From contig PEZS01000001.1 of NCBI GenBank assembly GCA_002778785.1, forward strand, positions 13,894 through 77,893: a DNA stretch of 64,000 bases, read 5' to 3'. Of this stretch, positions 53,793 to 63,182 are shown in pieces. The position numbers and the translations under genes were made by a program. This stretch comes from Bdellovibrionales bacterium CG10_big_fil_rev_8_21_14_0_10_45_34. Its GTDB lineage: Bacteria; Bdellovibrionota; Bdellovibrionia; Bdellovibrionales; 1-14-0-10-45-34. Position 1 is the first letter of the stretch, and the number at the start of each line of letters is the position of its first letter. The notes beneath the pieces were generated by a model. That model ran no database searches, was not told the origin of the DNA, and worked only from the letters and a program-made list of their open reading frames with translations.

Positions 53793-54800
53793 ATTGCCTC
53801 TGTTCCTTCGTGAGAATCGCACAATTCTTTTTTTCGCTTATAGTAATACGACTTAGATATTTTCAACTTATCGATAATGGCGGCATTGTCTCCGCCCAAA
53901 AGAGCGAGCGCCCGCTCAAAGAACACTTTTTCCATCCAGTCCAAACTTAGCCGGTAATATTGAGGGTTAACGTCGGAAGGTATGTGCGGCAAAAGGGTTG
54001 CTGGAAGCACGGTCACTTTTCCAGACGCTTGCAATTCACTTAGCATGAGATGCTCTGGAAGGAGCTGCGGCTTATTCGTTCCTCGAATCAATATGCACGC
54101 GCGTTCTATCGTATTCTGAAGCTCCCGGATATTGCCAGGCCAAGAATGTTGTTCTAATAACCGCTTTGCATCTCTTGAGATCGTGATTCCAGGAATGGAG
54201 CGTCTAGCCATGCATTGAGCAAGAAATAATATATCGTCTTGTCGATCGCGGAGAGGTGGCGACTTCAAAACAATCTGATTTAATCTGAAATATAGGTCTT
54301 CACGAAATCGACCTTGAGCCACAAGCTCCTCAAGTTTTTTATTTGTTGCCGCGATCACGCGAATGTTTAGCGGAATATTTTTAGTTGATCCAACAGGGGT
54401 GACGACCTTCTCTTGCAATACGCGAAGAAGCTTCACTTGCATCTCTGGAGGAAGCTCACCAATTTCATCCAAAAATATATCTCCGCCGTTTGCCGCGACG
54501 AACTTGCCTACCTAATCCTTTACTGCACCCGTAAATGCCCCACGCACATGGCCAAATAGTTCACTTTCAAAAAGGTTTTGAGAAATAGCTCCGCAGTTCA
54601 CCGCCACGAACGGGCGAGTGGGATCGTTCTCTTGCAGATTGAGAGTTCTGGCTATCAATTCCTTTCCCGTTCCATTTTCGCCGAGGATTAAGACAAAAGC
54701 TCTGGTGTTTTTAAACTTCGAAATTTCTGCTCTCAACTTAATAGTTATCGGAGAAATGCCCATGATCTCGTATCGTGCGGCACTTTTGAAATTGCGTCGC
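53789..54800 (-). pseudogene. Sigma-54-dependent activator, N-terminally truncated with an in-frame TAG at 54512-54514
   Basis: GENGTGKE, ESELFGHVRGAFTGAVKD*VGKF..IFLDEIGEL, WPGNIREL; both ORF pieces are in the same frame. Confidence 0.85.
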
Positions 54801-54802
54801 GC

Positions 54803-56689
54803 GTGCTTACTTCCGACCAGATTGCCAGTTTGCTCTATCAGCAATGGAACCCATCCAGGCGTTTACCGTTTAAATCGTACAACCCGGAAGAAGTTCGACA
54901 AAGCCTCTTATTTTCCGATGTCGGGATTGACCTTAATGGCTTTGCGATAGGTAGCACTTATTTTAGAGTTGTTTCGCTAAAATCCCTTCCTGACCAGACT
55001 TATTCTACAATGGCATCGACGCTTCGTGCCTTTCCATTTAAATCTCGGCTCTATGTGACCGTTCACGTGCCAGATCAAATGAAAGAAATTGAATCGCTTC
55101 AAACCCAGCGACGTATTGCCTACTCGATGGTCGCGGGAAAGCGCACGGGAGTGTCCGACTTAGAAAGCAACGCGAAGTTTCAAGATCTTGAATCTCTTTT
55201 GGAGCAGATGATCGCTCAAGGTCAAAAGGTGTTTCAGGTATCGGTAAACGTATTGCTGCAAAGTGAAAGTGAGTCTGAGCTAGAAATACAACTTGATACG
55301 GTTCTTTCAAAGTTTCGAGAGTTGGCAGGTGCGGAAGGATTAACAGAAACTCTAGCGGCCTTTGACATATTTTCCCAAGTAGCTCTTCCAAACGCGCGTT
55401 CCAAAGAGCGATCAAAGAAAATTAAAACCGGAAACCTTTGTGATTTGCTTCCGCTCTACGGAGCTTGGCCCGGTCACTCACAGCCGAGTATTTTACTTAA
55501 GTCTCGTTCTGGAAGCATATTGACCTTCAATCCCTTTGATTCCTCGATGTCGAACAGCAATCAGCTAATTTCCGGCGCCAGCGGCTCCGGCAAATCGGTG
55601 ATGGTGAATATTTTGATTCTGCAAATGCTGAAGGAAAACCCGAAAGTATTCTTTATTGATATTGGCGGATCGTATCGCAAATTAGCAGAGAACCTTGGAG
55701 GCCAGTATGTCGATTTGGGAGTTAACGACCATTTGTCGATCAATCCGTTCGACTTACTTGCCGGTGAAACCAAGCCTTCATCCCACAAAATTAAGTTTTT
55801 GGTGGGTCTTATTGAGTTGATGACAAAGGAAGATGGTGTTGACCGGCTCCCTCGACTCATTCGAGCTGAGATTGAAGACGCGATTCAGACCGTCTATGCT
55901 AGCAAGACAAAGCCACGTCTTTCAGACCTTCGAGACCTTCTTATCGCACATCCAGACCAAAGCATTCGCACTTACGGCAAAATTTTGGGCCCTTGGTGCG
56001 GAAACACACCTTACGGAAAGTTTTTAGATCGGGAGACTACGATAAGTTTGACTAGCGACGTAATTGCTTTCGATCTCAAGAACCTGGAGTCTTTCGCGGA
56101 CCTCCAAAACATATGTCTGTATGTAATCACTGATCTTGTTTGGAGAGAAGTTCAGAAAGATCGCTCGAAGATGAAATTTATTGTTTTCGACGAATGCTGG
56201 AAACTCCTCAAAGACGAAGCGGGTCTCGTTTTTATCGAGGAGATCTTCAGAACGGTTCGAAAATATAACTGTTCTGCAATTGCGATTAGCCAAGATCTCT
56301 TGGATTTTTTGAATTCAAAAATTTCATCCGCGTTGTTACCAAACTGCGCGATGAAATGGATTCTCATGCAAAGTCAGAATGACTTTGCCAAAATGCAGGA
56401 AGCTCTTGGGCTTAATGAGAATGAGCTGCAGTTGATTCAGTCGTTACGACAGCAAAAGGGCGAATATTCAGAAGCCTTTTTAATCGCTGGGCAAGAACGC
56501 CATACAGTTGCAGTCATAGAGCCGACACCGCTCGAATTGTGGATTGCCACGACTGATCCGAAGGATCTTTCCGCGCTCGAAGTCTTTAAGGTTGAGAATC
56601 CAACGCTTTCGCATTTCGATTGCTTAAGATCTCTATCGAAAAAATATCCAAGAGGCATCGCGGCCCACCAGCAAGCGGTGAAAAAATGA
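54803..56689 (+). CDS. VirB4/TraC-like conjugative ATPase, probably N-terminally truncated
   Basis: GASGSGKS Walker A, FIDIGGSY, INPFD, FIVFDECW, RTVRKY; no room for promoter/N-terminus upstream. Confidence 0.85.
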   Translation: MLTSDQIASLLYQQWNPSRRLPFKSYNPEEVRQSLLFSDVGIDLNGFAIGSTYFRVVSLKSLPDQTYSTMASTLRAFPFKSRLYVTVHVPDQMKEIESLQTQRRIAYSMVAGKRTGVSDLESNAKFQDLESLLEQMIAQGQKVFQVSVNVLLQSESESELEIQLDTVLSKFRELAGAEGLTETLAAFDIFSQVALPNARSKERSKKIKTGNLCDLLPLYGAWPGHSQPSILLKSRSGSILTFNPFDSSMSNSNQLISGASGSGKSVMVNILILQMLKENPKVFFIDIGGSYRKLAENLGGQYVDLGVNDHLSINPFDLLAGETKPSSHKIKFLVGLIELMTKEDGVDRLPRLIRAEIEDAIQTVYASKTKPRLSDLRDLLIAHPDQSIRTYGKILGPWCGNTPYGKFLDRETTISLTSDVIAFDLKNLESFADLQNICLYVITDLVWREVQKDRSKMKFIVFDECWKLLKDEAGLVFIEEIFRTVRKYNCSAIAISQDLLDFLNSKISSALLPNCAMKWILMQSQNDFAKMQEALGLNENELQLIQSLRQQKGEYSEAFLIAGQERHTVAVIEPTPLELWIATTDPKDLSALEVFKVENPTLSHFDCLRSLSKKYPRGIAAHQQAVKK

Positions 56690-57372
56690 AAAAATTTGTA
56701 GTTAGAGTAGTTTTGCTTCAATTCTTATTAATGCCATCAGCTCGGGCCGACATGTTCGGCGGTGATCTTGTGATACTGGCCCAAATTTTATCGAACGCCG
56801 TTCAGCAACTGGTTCAACTCAAAAATATTCTTGAAAATGGTAAGGACAATTTGGATCTCATTAAGGATATCAATCGTGGTATCAATGACTCCCTCAATCT
56901 AATTAAAACGATAAGCCCGAATACTGATCCTGGGCTCTACAAAGAATGGGAAAAAGTCTCTCAGGCCCTTTCGGAATTAGAAAGGCTCTATGGAGTTCCA
57001 GTCGAATCTCACGACCGGAAAGTTCAGGATGATACGGACAAGAGCGTTGCCGAGGCTATCGCCTTTAATAACTCAATCTACAAATATACAAAAACAATCG
57101 ACGACATCGGCGAGATTATCAAAGATCAGAGCCACGCGGTTTCACCTGGTGGTGCTGCTAAATTAACTGCGCAGGCATTAGGTGTTTTGATTCATATTCA
57201 AAACGAGGGACTTCGGGCGCAAGCTACCGGACTGAAACTTCAAGCTCAGGCAATGATGGTCCAAAATCGTAAGGACAAGGATCAAACCCGTCAAATGGTT
57301 GCGACCGCCGAAAGTCTTCAGCAGGCCCTCGGCACGCAGAAGCCGAAGTTTACCTTACCTCGGTTCGAATAA
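56686..57372 (+). CDS. Secreted VirB5/TrbJ-like conjugative transfer protein
   Basis: Signal peptide (SARA-D), Q-rich helical body, position between VirB4 and VirB6-like genes. Confidence 0.55.
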   Translation: MKKFVVRVVLLQFLLMPSARADMFGGDLVILAQILSNAVQQLVQLKNILENGKDNLDLIKDINRGINDSLNLIKTISPNTDPGLYKEWEKVSQALSELERLYGVPVESHDRKVQDDTDKSVAEAIAFNNSIYKYTKTIDDIGEIIKDQSHAVSPGGAAKLTAQALGVLIHIQNEGLRAQATGLKLQAQAMMVQNRKDKDQTRQMVATAESLQQALGTQKPKFTLPRFE

Positions 57373-57408
57373 ATCTCATTAGTCTTAGCATTCTAAAAAA
57401 GTAGGTTT

Positions 57409-58356
57409 ATGGATATTTCCTGGGTTTCAGCCGAAGCGAAGCAGATTCACACGTTCTTTGTTTCCATTTTCTATCTCGTTGCAACAGTGCTCATTTTGCT
57501 TGGCGTGGTGATCGAGTATTTCAAGATTCCACTTGGCAATATGCCTGCATTTTCACAGCTCATTGGACGAGCGTTGATCGCGACAATTCTTTTAGTTGCA
57601 TACCCGGAAATCTCAAATACCATTTGCGCGCTTGCCGACGCAATTGCGGAACGTCTTGGTGATGTGAATAACTACAGCAATGTTTTATCAACAGCCGGTG
57701 AAGCTTTGAAACAGCACTCTTGGTCCTGGACTTCAATCGGCGATTCGCTGCTCTCCGTCGTATCTTACCTCGCCTATTTCATTTTATACATCACGGTCTA
57801 TTTTTTCGATGCAGCCATTATTTACTGTCTTGTTCTTCTTTATATATTTTCACCAATCATGATCGTCTTTTTTATTCTTCCGCAAACTGCCGGGCTCACA
57901 AGCGGTCTATTTAGGGCCTTATGTGAGATAGCAACTTGGAAAATAGTTTGGTGTGTTCTTGGGACTCTGCTCTGGAGTACGGCGCTGAATAGTTTTAAAC
58001 ACTCAGGTGAGAGCAATTTTATTACGCTTCTCGCTCTCACCCTGATGCTGACATTCTCCATTATTCTAACGCCAATTGTAGCCAAACAACTCATATCTGG
58101 TGCCCTGTCCTCAGTAGCGAGCCAAACCGCTGGTCTCGCGGCAAACGCAATGACGGCGGGAGCCCTTTCAACCGGATTTATAGCTGGTGCCTCTAGAAAA
58201 TTTTCGAAAAAAGCGTTCGTCGGTACGGCTCGAATGGCCGCTAAAGCCGCAAAAGATACGGCGAAGACTGTGAGGAAAACTCGGAATCGATTTTCTCAGA
58301 AAATGACCAACAACAATATTCCCGAAGATCCAATGAACGACTGTCCTCAAGCCTAA
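57409..58356 (+). CDS. VirB6/TrbL-like polytopic membrane protein
   Basis: 5-6 TMs with Ala/Gly-rich basic tail; T4SS context. Confidence 0.65.
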   Translation: MDISWVSAEAKQIHTFFVSIFYLVATVLILLGVVIEYFKIPLGNMPAFSQLIGRALIATILLVAYPEISNTICALADAIAERLGDVNNYSNVLSTAGEALKQHSWSWTSIGDSLLSVVSYLAYFILYITVYFFDAAIIYCLVLLYIFSPIMIVFFILPQTAGLTSGLFRALCEIATWKIVWCVLGTLLWSTALNSFKHSGESNFITLLALTLMLTFSIILTPIVAKQLISGALSSVASQTAGLAANAMTAGALSTGFIAGASRKFSKKAFVGTARMAAKAAKDTAKTVRKTRNRFSQKMTNNNIPEDPMNDCPQA

Positions 58357-58397
58357 TTATCAAAAGAGACGCATAAAAATATTTAGAGGGAGTTCTT

Positions 58398-58934
58398 ATG
58401 AAGTTTTCATCGGCGTGGGCGCGAATCGCTGCGCTAAATGTTACGCTTAAACTGGCAACTGTCACGTTGGCCGCAATCGTTCTTGTTCAAATGGTGATTC
58501 TACTTCAGTTGGCGCTACGAAATCCTATAGTAGTTGAACGAGGATGTTTTTCCAGAGTGCTTCCTGCCCGCGCGGCGGGGGTAACGTCGGAGGAGATTAG
58601 CGCGTTTATTAACGAAGCTATTCCTATGCGTTTTGATACAAACTTGGTTCCTAAGGAAGGGTATCTTGCAATATCCGAGACGATAAGTCGCGAAAAGGAA
58701 CAATCTGCGCTCAAACAGCGGCAGATCTCCCAGCGAGTATTGATTTCCGAAGCTAAGGTTGACGGCCAAAATGTTCAAGTAGCAATCGACCGCGTGATGT
58801 CTGTCGGCAAGGTGAAGTCAATTTTGCCACTTGTCTTAAAAGTTGAAGTTCAGACAACCAATCGAAGTGAGTCAAACCCATACGGCTTAATTCTCAGTTC
58901 CCTTAGTGCAATTGAAGATAAGGAGGCAAAGTGA
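58398..58934 (+). CDS. VirB8/TraE-like single-TM T4SS protein
   Basis: N-terminal TM, terminal R..SNPYGL motif. Confidence 0.65.
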   Translation: MKFSSAWARIAALNVTLKLATVTLAAIVLVQMVILLQLALRNPIVVERGCFSRVLPARAAGVTSEEISAFINEAIPMRFDTNLVPKEGYLAISETISREKEQSALKQRQISQRVLISEAKVDGQNVQVAIDRVMSVGKVKSILPLVLKVEVQTTNRSESNPYGLILSSLSAIEDKEAK

Positions 58935-59302
58935 TTACATCGCTGATTTTTCTTTTCCTCAGTTTCATTGCTCCAGTTTGGGCAAACTCGGTAAAGACAG
59001 TGAGGCTTTGCGAAAAAGGTGTTCTTACCGCCTATGTGTCGCCGAGGGGAACCGTTCTTGATTTTCCGACCGAGCCAGAAAAGGTTGTGCTCGGTTCGAA
59101 AAACACGTTTTCAATTGAATACATTAGAAGTGATTTGACGATCTCGCCGTTGTCTCTTCAGGCTCGGTCGAACTTATTCGTTTATGTTCAAGGCCGACGC
59201 TTTGTCATTGATCTCATCACGTCTCAAGCAAATGGCGCCGCCACTTATTATATTCGCGATTGCGTCGAAGATCGCGTGAAAGTAAAAAAAAGTGGAAAAT
59301 AG
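58931..59302 (+). CDS. Short VirB9/TrbG-like periplasmic T4SS protein
   Basis: Signal peptide, TVLDFP..P..VVLG, SNLFV. Confidence 0.55.
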   Translation: MITSLIFLFLSFIAPVWANSVKTVRLCEKGVLTAYVSPRGTVLDFPTEPEKVVLGSKNTFSIEYIRSDLTISPLSLQARSNLFVYVQGRRFVIDLITSQANGAATYYIRDCVEDRVKVKKSGK

Positions 59303-60176
59303 CGAACAATCAGTAGAGATAGTTCAGGACCCTCATGTCGGAAACCGCTTCGGGTTTCAACATGACCGTGCGTCCATTCCTAAACATAGAATCGTATTCT
59401 GCATTTGTGCGACATTAGCATGCGTCATAATCGTCATGTTATTTCAAGGACCAGCACAACCGAACGTGGACGACATAAAAGAAATTCGCGCGCCTGATCC
59501 AGGTCAACTGACAGATCAGACAAATAAAATTCATTTTGATGACTACTCCGCCGAGTCTGAAAGTGCTTCGCTAAAACAAAAAGCTCAAGTCCGCAGGGTT
59601 ACTGTTTCTAAACTTCCCGGACTTCAGAAGTTCGAACGATCTCGTGGAAAAGCAATTCCGCCAGGGATGACGTTAAAAGCTATTCTCGTAAATGGTGCCT
59701 CCAACGGAACCGTTAAAGTTGAAGTGACTGAATCACTCCTGTTGCAAGGCGAGACACTCGTTCCCGAAGGCGCCGTTCTCATCGGCGTCGGGCAATCAAC
59801 CGAAGACCGTTTATTCATCCGTTTCAATACCCTCGTCTTTAAAGATGGAACCACTGAGAACGTTCAAGCTCAAGCTATTGATACTGATGATCGGATTGCT
59901 GGTCTTAAGGGTTCTCGCATTGGCAGATATGCAATTAAGTATGGTGCGGCTGTCGGACTTAACTTTGCGGGAGGTCTGGCTCAAGGGCTTCAAGAAAAGG
60001 AAGTCATTAATCAACAGGCAGTAACGAAAACCGACACGAAGAATGCGCTCTTGAACGGAGCGAGCCGGGCAACTCTTGAGATGGCGAATGAAACGATGAC
60101 GAACTTGAGAAATCAAACGCCAGTGATCGAGGTCAAAGCAGGTAAAGAAGTCATCGTCATGTTCGAAGGCACGTAA
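59292..60176 (+). CDS. VirB10/TrbI/TraB-like T4SS protein
   Basis: TM anchor, IPPG..LKAIL, VPEGAVLIG, RLFIRFNTLV, PVIEVKAG. Confidence 0.75.
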   Translation: MENSEQSVEIVQDPHVGNRFGFQHDRASIPKHRIVFCICATLACVIIVMLFQGPAQPNVDDIKEIRAPDPGQLTDQTNKIHFDDYSAESESASLKQKAQVRRVTVSKLPGLQKFERSRGKAIPPGMTLKAILVNGASNGTVKVEVTESLLLQGETLVPEGAVLIGVGQSTEDRLFIRFNTLVFKDGTTENVQAQAIDTDDRIAGLKGSRIGRYAIKYGAAVGLNFAGGLAQGLQEKEVINQQAVTKTDTKNALLNGASRATLEMANETMTNLRNQTPVIEVKAGKEVIVMFEGT

Positions 60177-60225
60177 AAGATTACTCCAACCATAAGTCGC
60201 ATATTCATATCACCAAAGGATACAA

Positions 60226-61683
60226 ATGCAAAAGCCTGATAATTTTGAAGTACGAATTAATATCTTTGCAAAGAACGTTAGACTCTTACTTTCGCCTATT
60301 GAAGAACTCGCAGTTGGTATTAGAGCTAACACAGTTCCCTGGGATATTTGCGCGGGTTGGACATTTTTTGCAATGATCGTCATTGTCTTTAAAATCGACT
60401 ACCTATTTCTCTCTTTTGTAGGTCTGAGAAATTTGTACCCCTACCATCCGCTGTTGTATCGGATCTATGCGTTCTGCTTTCTCTCCTCCGCCTTTTGGAT
60501 CTGGGCATGGGCACAAGTAAAGCGAAAAAGAGATAAACTTTCCGTCTTAACTGACGCATTTAAAAACGCGGGACTCCAATCGCGAATCGGTAGGATACCT
60601 CAGTTTATCGCCGACTACGCACTTGATCCGACAATTCGGAAAATGCGCGTGACGAATGCCGGGTTCCCACTGATGAAGTTCGCAGAGCAAAGCAAATTTC
60701 TTGAATCCGAGCTTGGAATTTTTATTGATGAAATAAAAGAAGATCGAGAGAAACGAGCAATTGACCTTATTTACTCGCACTATCCGATGGTGACCGAGGT
60801 CAAATATTCGCCGACTATAACTAAAAGGCCGTTGGAGTTTCTCGTAGGCCAAACTCGTGCTCAAAATGTCTTTGCGTCATTTCGAAACTTTCCGCACATT
60901 TTGGTGGCTGGTCAGACCGGCGGCGGTAAATCCACTTTTCTAAGGCAACTCATCGTTCATACCTATCTAAATGCAAAGTCTTCAAGATTTTTGCTGATTG
61001 ATCTCAAGGGCGGCTTAGAGTTTTCAATTTTCGAAAACTACAGTCCATTCACCGTGGTGCCGAATGTCCGTGCGGCAGTCAAAGAACTTAAGACCATGAA
61101 CAAAATGTTAGAGGACCGAATGAAGGTCCTTAAAGAAAATAAATGTAAGGACGTGGATGCCTTTATGAGAAAGAAAGACAAAGCCGAAAACAAAGTGAGT
61201 CTTGATCGTCAATTTGTAGTTGTGGACGAAGCGGCTGAAATGTTTCTTGCTGGACATCATGCAAAAGCAAACGAAATTCAAGAAGCTCGCGCAATCTTAA
61301 GTCGTATAGCACGTCAAGGTCGGGCTGTTGGGGTCCATCTTATCGTTGCGACCCAACGACCTGATAGCAAATCCCTTGATCCTCAGGTTAAAGCAAATTT
61401 GCCAGGAGTTATCTGTTTTCAGATGATTAACGATGCGTCCAGTATAGCTGTCTTAGGAAACGGAAGAGCAACAGATCTTCCTAAGGTTCCCGGCAGAGCA
61501 ATTTGGAAAAACGGAATTGAAATGCTTGAAGTGCAAACACCTTTTTTGAGTGAAGACGACGCGACAAAGCTTTTAGGTGAGCCGGATAAAAAGGAAATAA
61601 AAACAGATGAGAGTCCCGACGTAAACCCAGTTGAGTCAGCGCAAGTGCCTAACAAAGAAGATTATAGAAATCCGGAGGAGTGA
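60226..61683 (+). CDS. FtsK/SpoIIIE-family ATPase (TcpA-like coupling protein candidate)
   Basis: Two N-terminal TMs, PHILVAGQTGGGKST, IDLKGGLEF, VVVDE, RQGRAVGVHLIVATQRP, PGRA. Confidence 0.88.
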   Translation: MQKPDNFEVRINIFAKNVRLLLSPIEELAVGIRANTVPWDICAGWTFFAMIVIVFKIDYLFLSFVGLRNLYPYHPLLYRIYAFCFLSSAFWIWAWAQVKRKRDKLSVLTDAFKNAGLQSRIGRIPQFIADYALDPTIRKMRVTNAGFPLMKFAEQSKFLESELGIFIDEIKEDREKRAIDLIYSHYPMVTEVKYSPTITKRPLEFLVGQTRAQNVFASFRNFPHILVAGQTGGGKSTFLRQLIVHTYLNAKSSRFLLIDLKGGLEFSIFENYSPFTVVPNVRAAVKELKTMNKMLEDRMKVLKENKCKDVDAFMRKKDKAENKVSLDRQFVVVDEAAEMFLAGHHAKANEIQEARAILSRIARQGRAVGVHLIVATQRPDSKSLDPQVKANLPGVICFQMINDASSIAVLGNGRATDLPKVPGRAIWKNGIEMLEVQTPFLSEDDATKLLGEPDKKEIKTDESPDVNPVESAQVPNKEDYRNPEE

Positions 61684-62573
61684 ACTTGGATAAAATAGCA
61701 CGTCAAAGACGACCGAAGTGCAATCTCGTAGACCGAGACGATGACATTTTTCATTTTCTATGGAAGTGGAAGTGCGCCTCGACATCCACGCTAGCTCGAA
61801 AATTTTTTAAGAATGGAAGTCGTGACGCCGCATACAAGAGGCTCGTTCTGTTGCATAGGGATAAGTATATTGATATCGAAGTAATCGAAAAGAATAAGTA
61901 TGCTTTGGTTTGGACGCTGAGGGAAAAAGGTTACCTTCATATAGAGCAAAGAATTAAAAATTTAGCGGTGTCAGGGTTCGCCTCTGAGTCTTTGTTTCAC
62001 GATCATTTGGTGTCAGCATTTCATCTCGGAGAGTGGCTTAAGTATCCTCCCGAATTCACCAGAGTGTTCACCGAACAACAACTACGTCGGGTGGCTCCAG
62101 ACAACTGGCCCGACTGGCTGCCTCATTCTCAAGAACATCGACCCGACGGCTACTCGATGTATTTCGTCGGAACAAAACAAGTTGTTGTGGCCTTCGAGGT
62201 CGAGTTGAATGTGAAAGCTCATGCCAGGTACGATACAGTAGTTGAGTTCTATGATAACAAAAAAAATATTAGCTTTGTATTTTGGCTCGTAGAATCGAAA
62301 AGTGACTTGGCTTCAATTAAAAAAGCTTTTCAAAGCTTTGGCGTTCGAGACTGGTCCAAGCATCACTTTATTTATCTCGATGATTTTAGAAAAAATGGTT
62401 GGGATGCTAAGTTCGTCGAAGGGAAACATCATAGAACCACGCCTGCCAAATTTCTAAATCCGAACGGGGTCTCCAGACTCTCTCTAGAGTCTCCAGTACG
62501 GGAGACAGGCCACTTATTAAATCTTGAAAAAAAGCCAATGAACTTAAGCCCTTCCGTCGATATCAAAAAATAG
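61680..62573 (+). CDS. Replication-relaxation (Replic_Relax)-like protein, candidate relaxase
   Basis: N-terminal wHTH (RDDDIF..RL..L), HDH, RPDG, VAFEVEL..K...RY. Confidence 0.7.
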   Translation: MNLDKIARQRRPKCNLVDRDDDIFHFLWKWKCASTSTLARKFFKNGSRDAAYKRLVLLHRDKYIDIEVIEKNKYALVWTLREKGYLHIEQRIKNLAVSGFASESLFHDHLVSAFHLGEWLKYPPEFTRVFTEQQLRRVAPDNWPDWLPHSQEHRPDGYSMYFVGTKQVVVAFEVELNVKAHARYDTVVEFYDNKKNISFVFWLVESKSDLASIKKAFQSFGVRDWSKHHFIYLDDFRKNGWDAKFVEGKHHRTTPAKFLNPNGVSRLSLESPVRETGHLLNLEKKPMNLSPSVDIKK

Positions 62574-62733
62574 CAAATTGCCGACAGAGTAGCGATTCAA
62601 ATCGCTTCCCACATTTGTCCGCAACCGCACTCCCGTCTCCATACCACTCCCATCTGCTCCACTCTCCGAACCCCCATGCACCTCGCGCAAAATCCAAGTC
62701 CCAAACATAATTTAAAGAAAGGATTTATCTTTT

Positions 62734-63129
62734 ATGGATAATCAAACTAAGGCAGCTGTTGTCTCGTGCTTACTGTTTCTAAATGCGTGCGCGACGACAA
62801 CACAATCAGCTCTACTAGGTGCGGCTGTGGGAGGAGTGGCCGGCGGTGCCATCGGCCAAGCACAAACGCAGGATTCTCAAGGAACTTTGACCGGCGCCGC
62901 AATCGGCGTGGGGGTTGGCGCCTTGATGGGATTTCTGTCAGGCAAGGGTAAGAAGAAAGAGGATTTGAAAACTGAGGCTAAGACGTTGAGCGACGAGGAT
63001 ACTTACCCCGCATTGACAAAACCAAAGCTCAGATCCGTATGGGTGCCGGATAAAGTCGAAGGCAACAAATATATCAAAGGCCATTGGATCTATGTCATCG
63101 AAGATGCTGGGTCCTGGAGCAAAGACTAA
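62734..63129 (+). CDS. Glycine-zipper lipoprotein, TraV-like C-terminus
   Basis: Lipobox LNAC, GAAVGGVAGGAIG, P.LRSVWVP...GHWIY. Confidence 0.7.
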   Translation: MDNQTKAAVVSCLLFLNACATTTQSALLGAAVGGVAGGAIGQAQTQDSQGTLTGAAIGVGVGALMGFLSGKGKKKEDLKTEAKTLSDEDTYPALTKPKLRSVWVPDKVEGNKYIKGHWIYVIEDAGSWSKD

Positions 63130-63182
63130 CTCCAAATTTTTAAACCACATCAAGAGTCGCGAAATTCAAACAAGGATTTTTC

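Noticed and set aside
54512-54514. Programmed amber readthrough/pyrrolysine in the sigma54 activator
   Set aside because: Single TAG in a gene that is also 5'-truncated; many other genes end in TAG; a simple nonsense mutation or error is more parsimonious.
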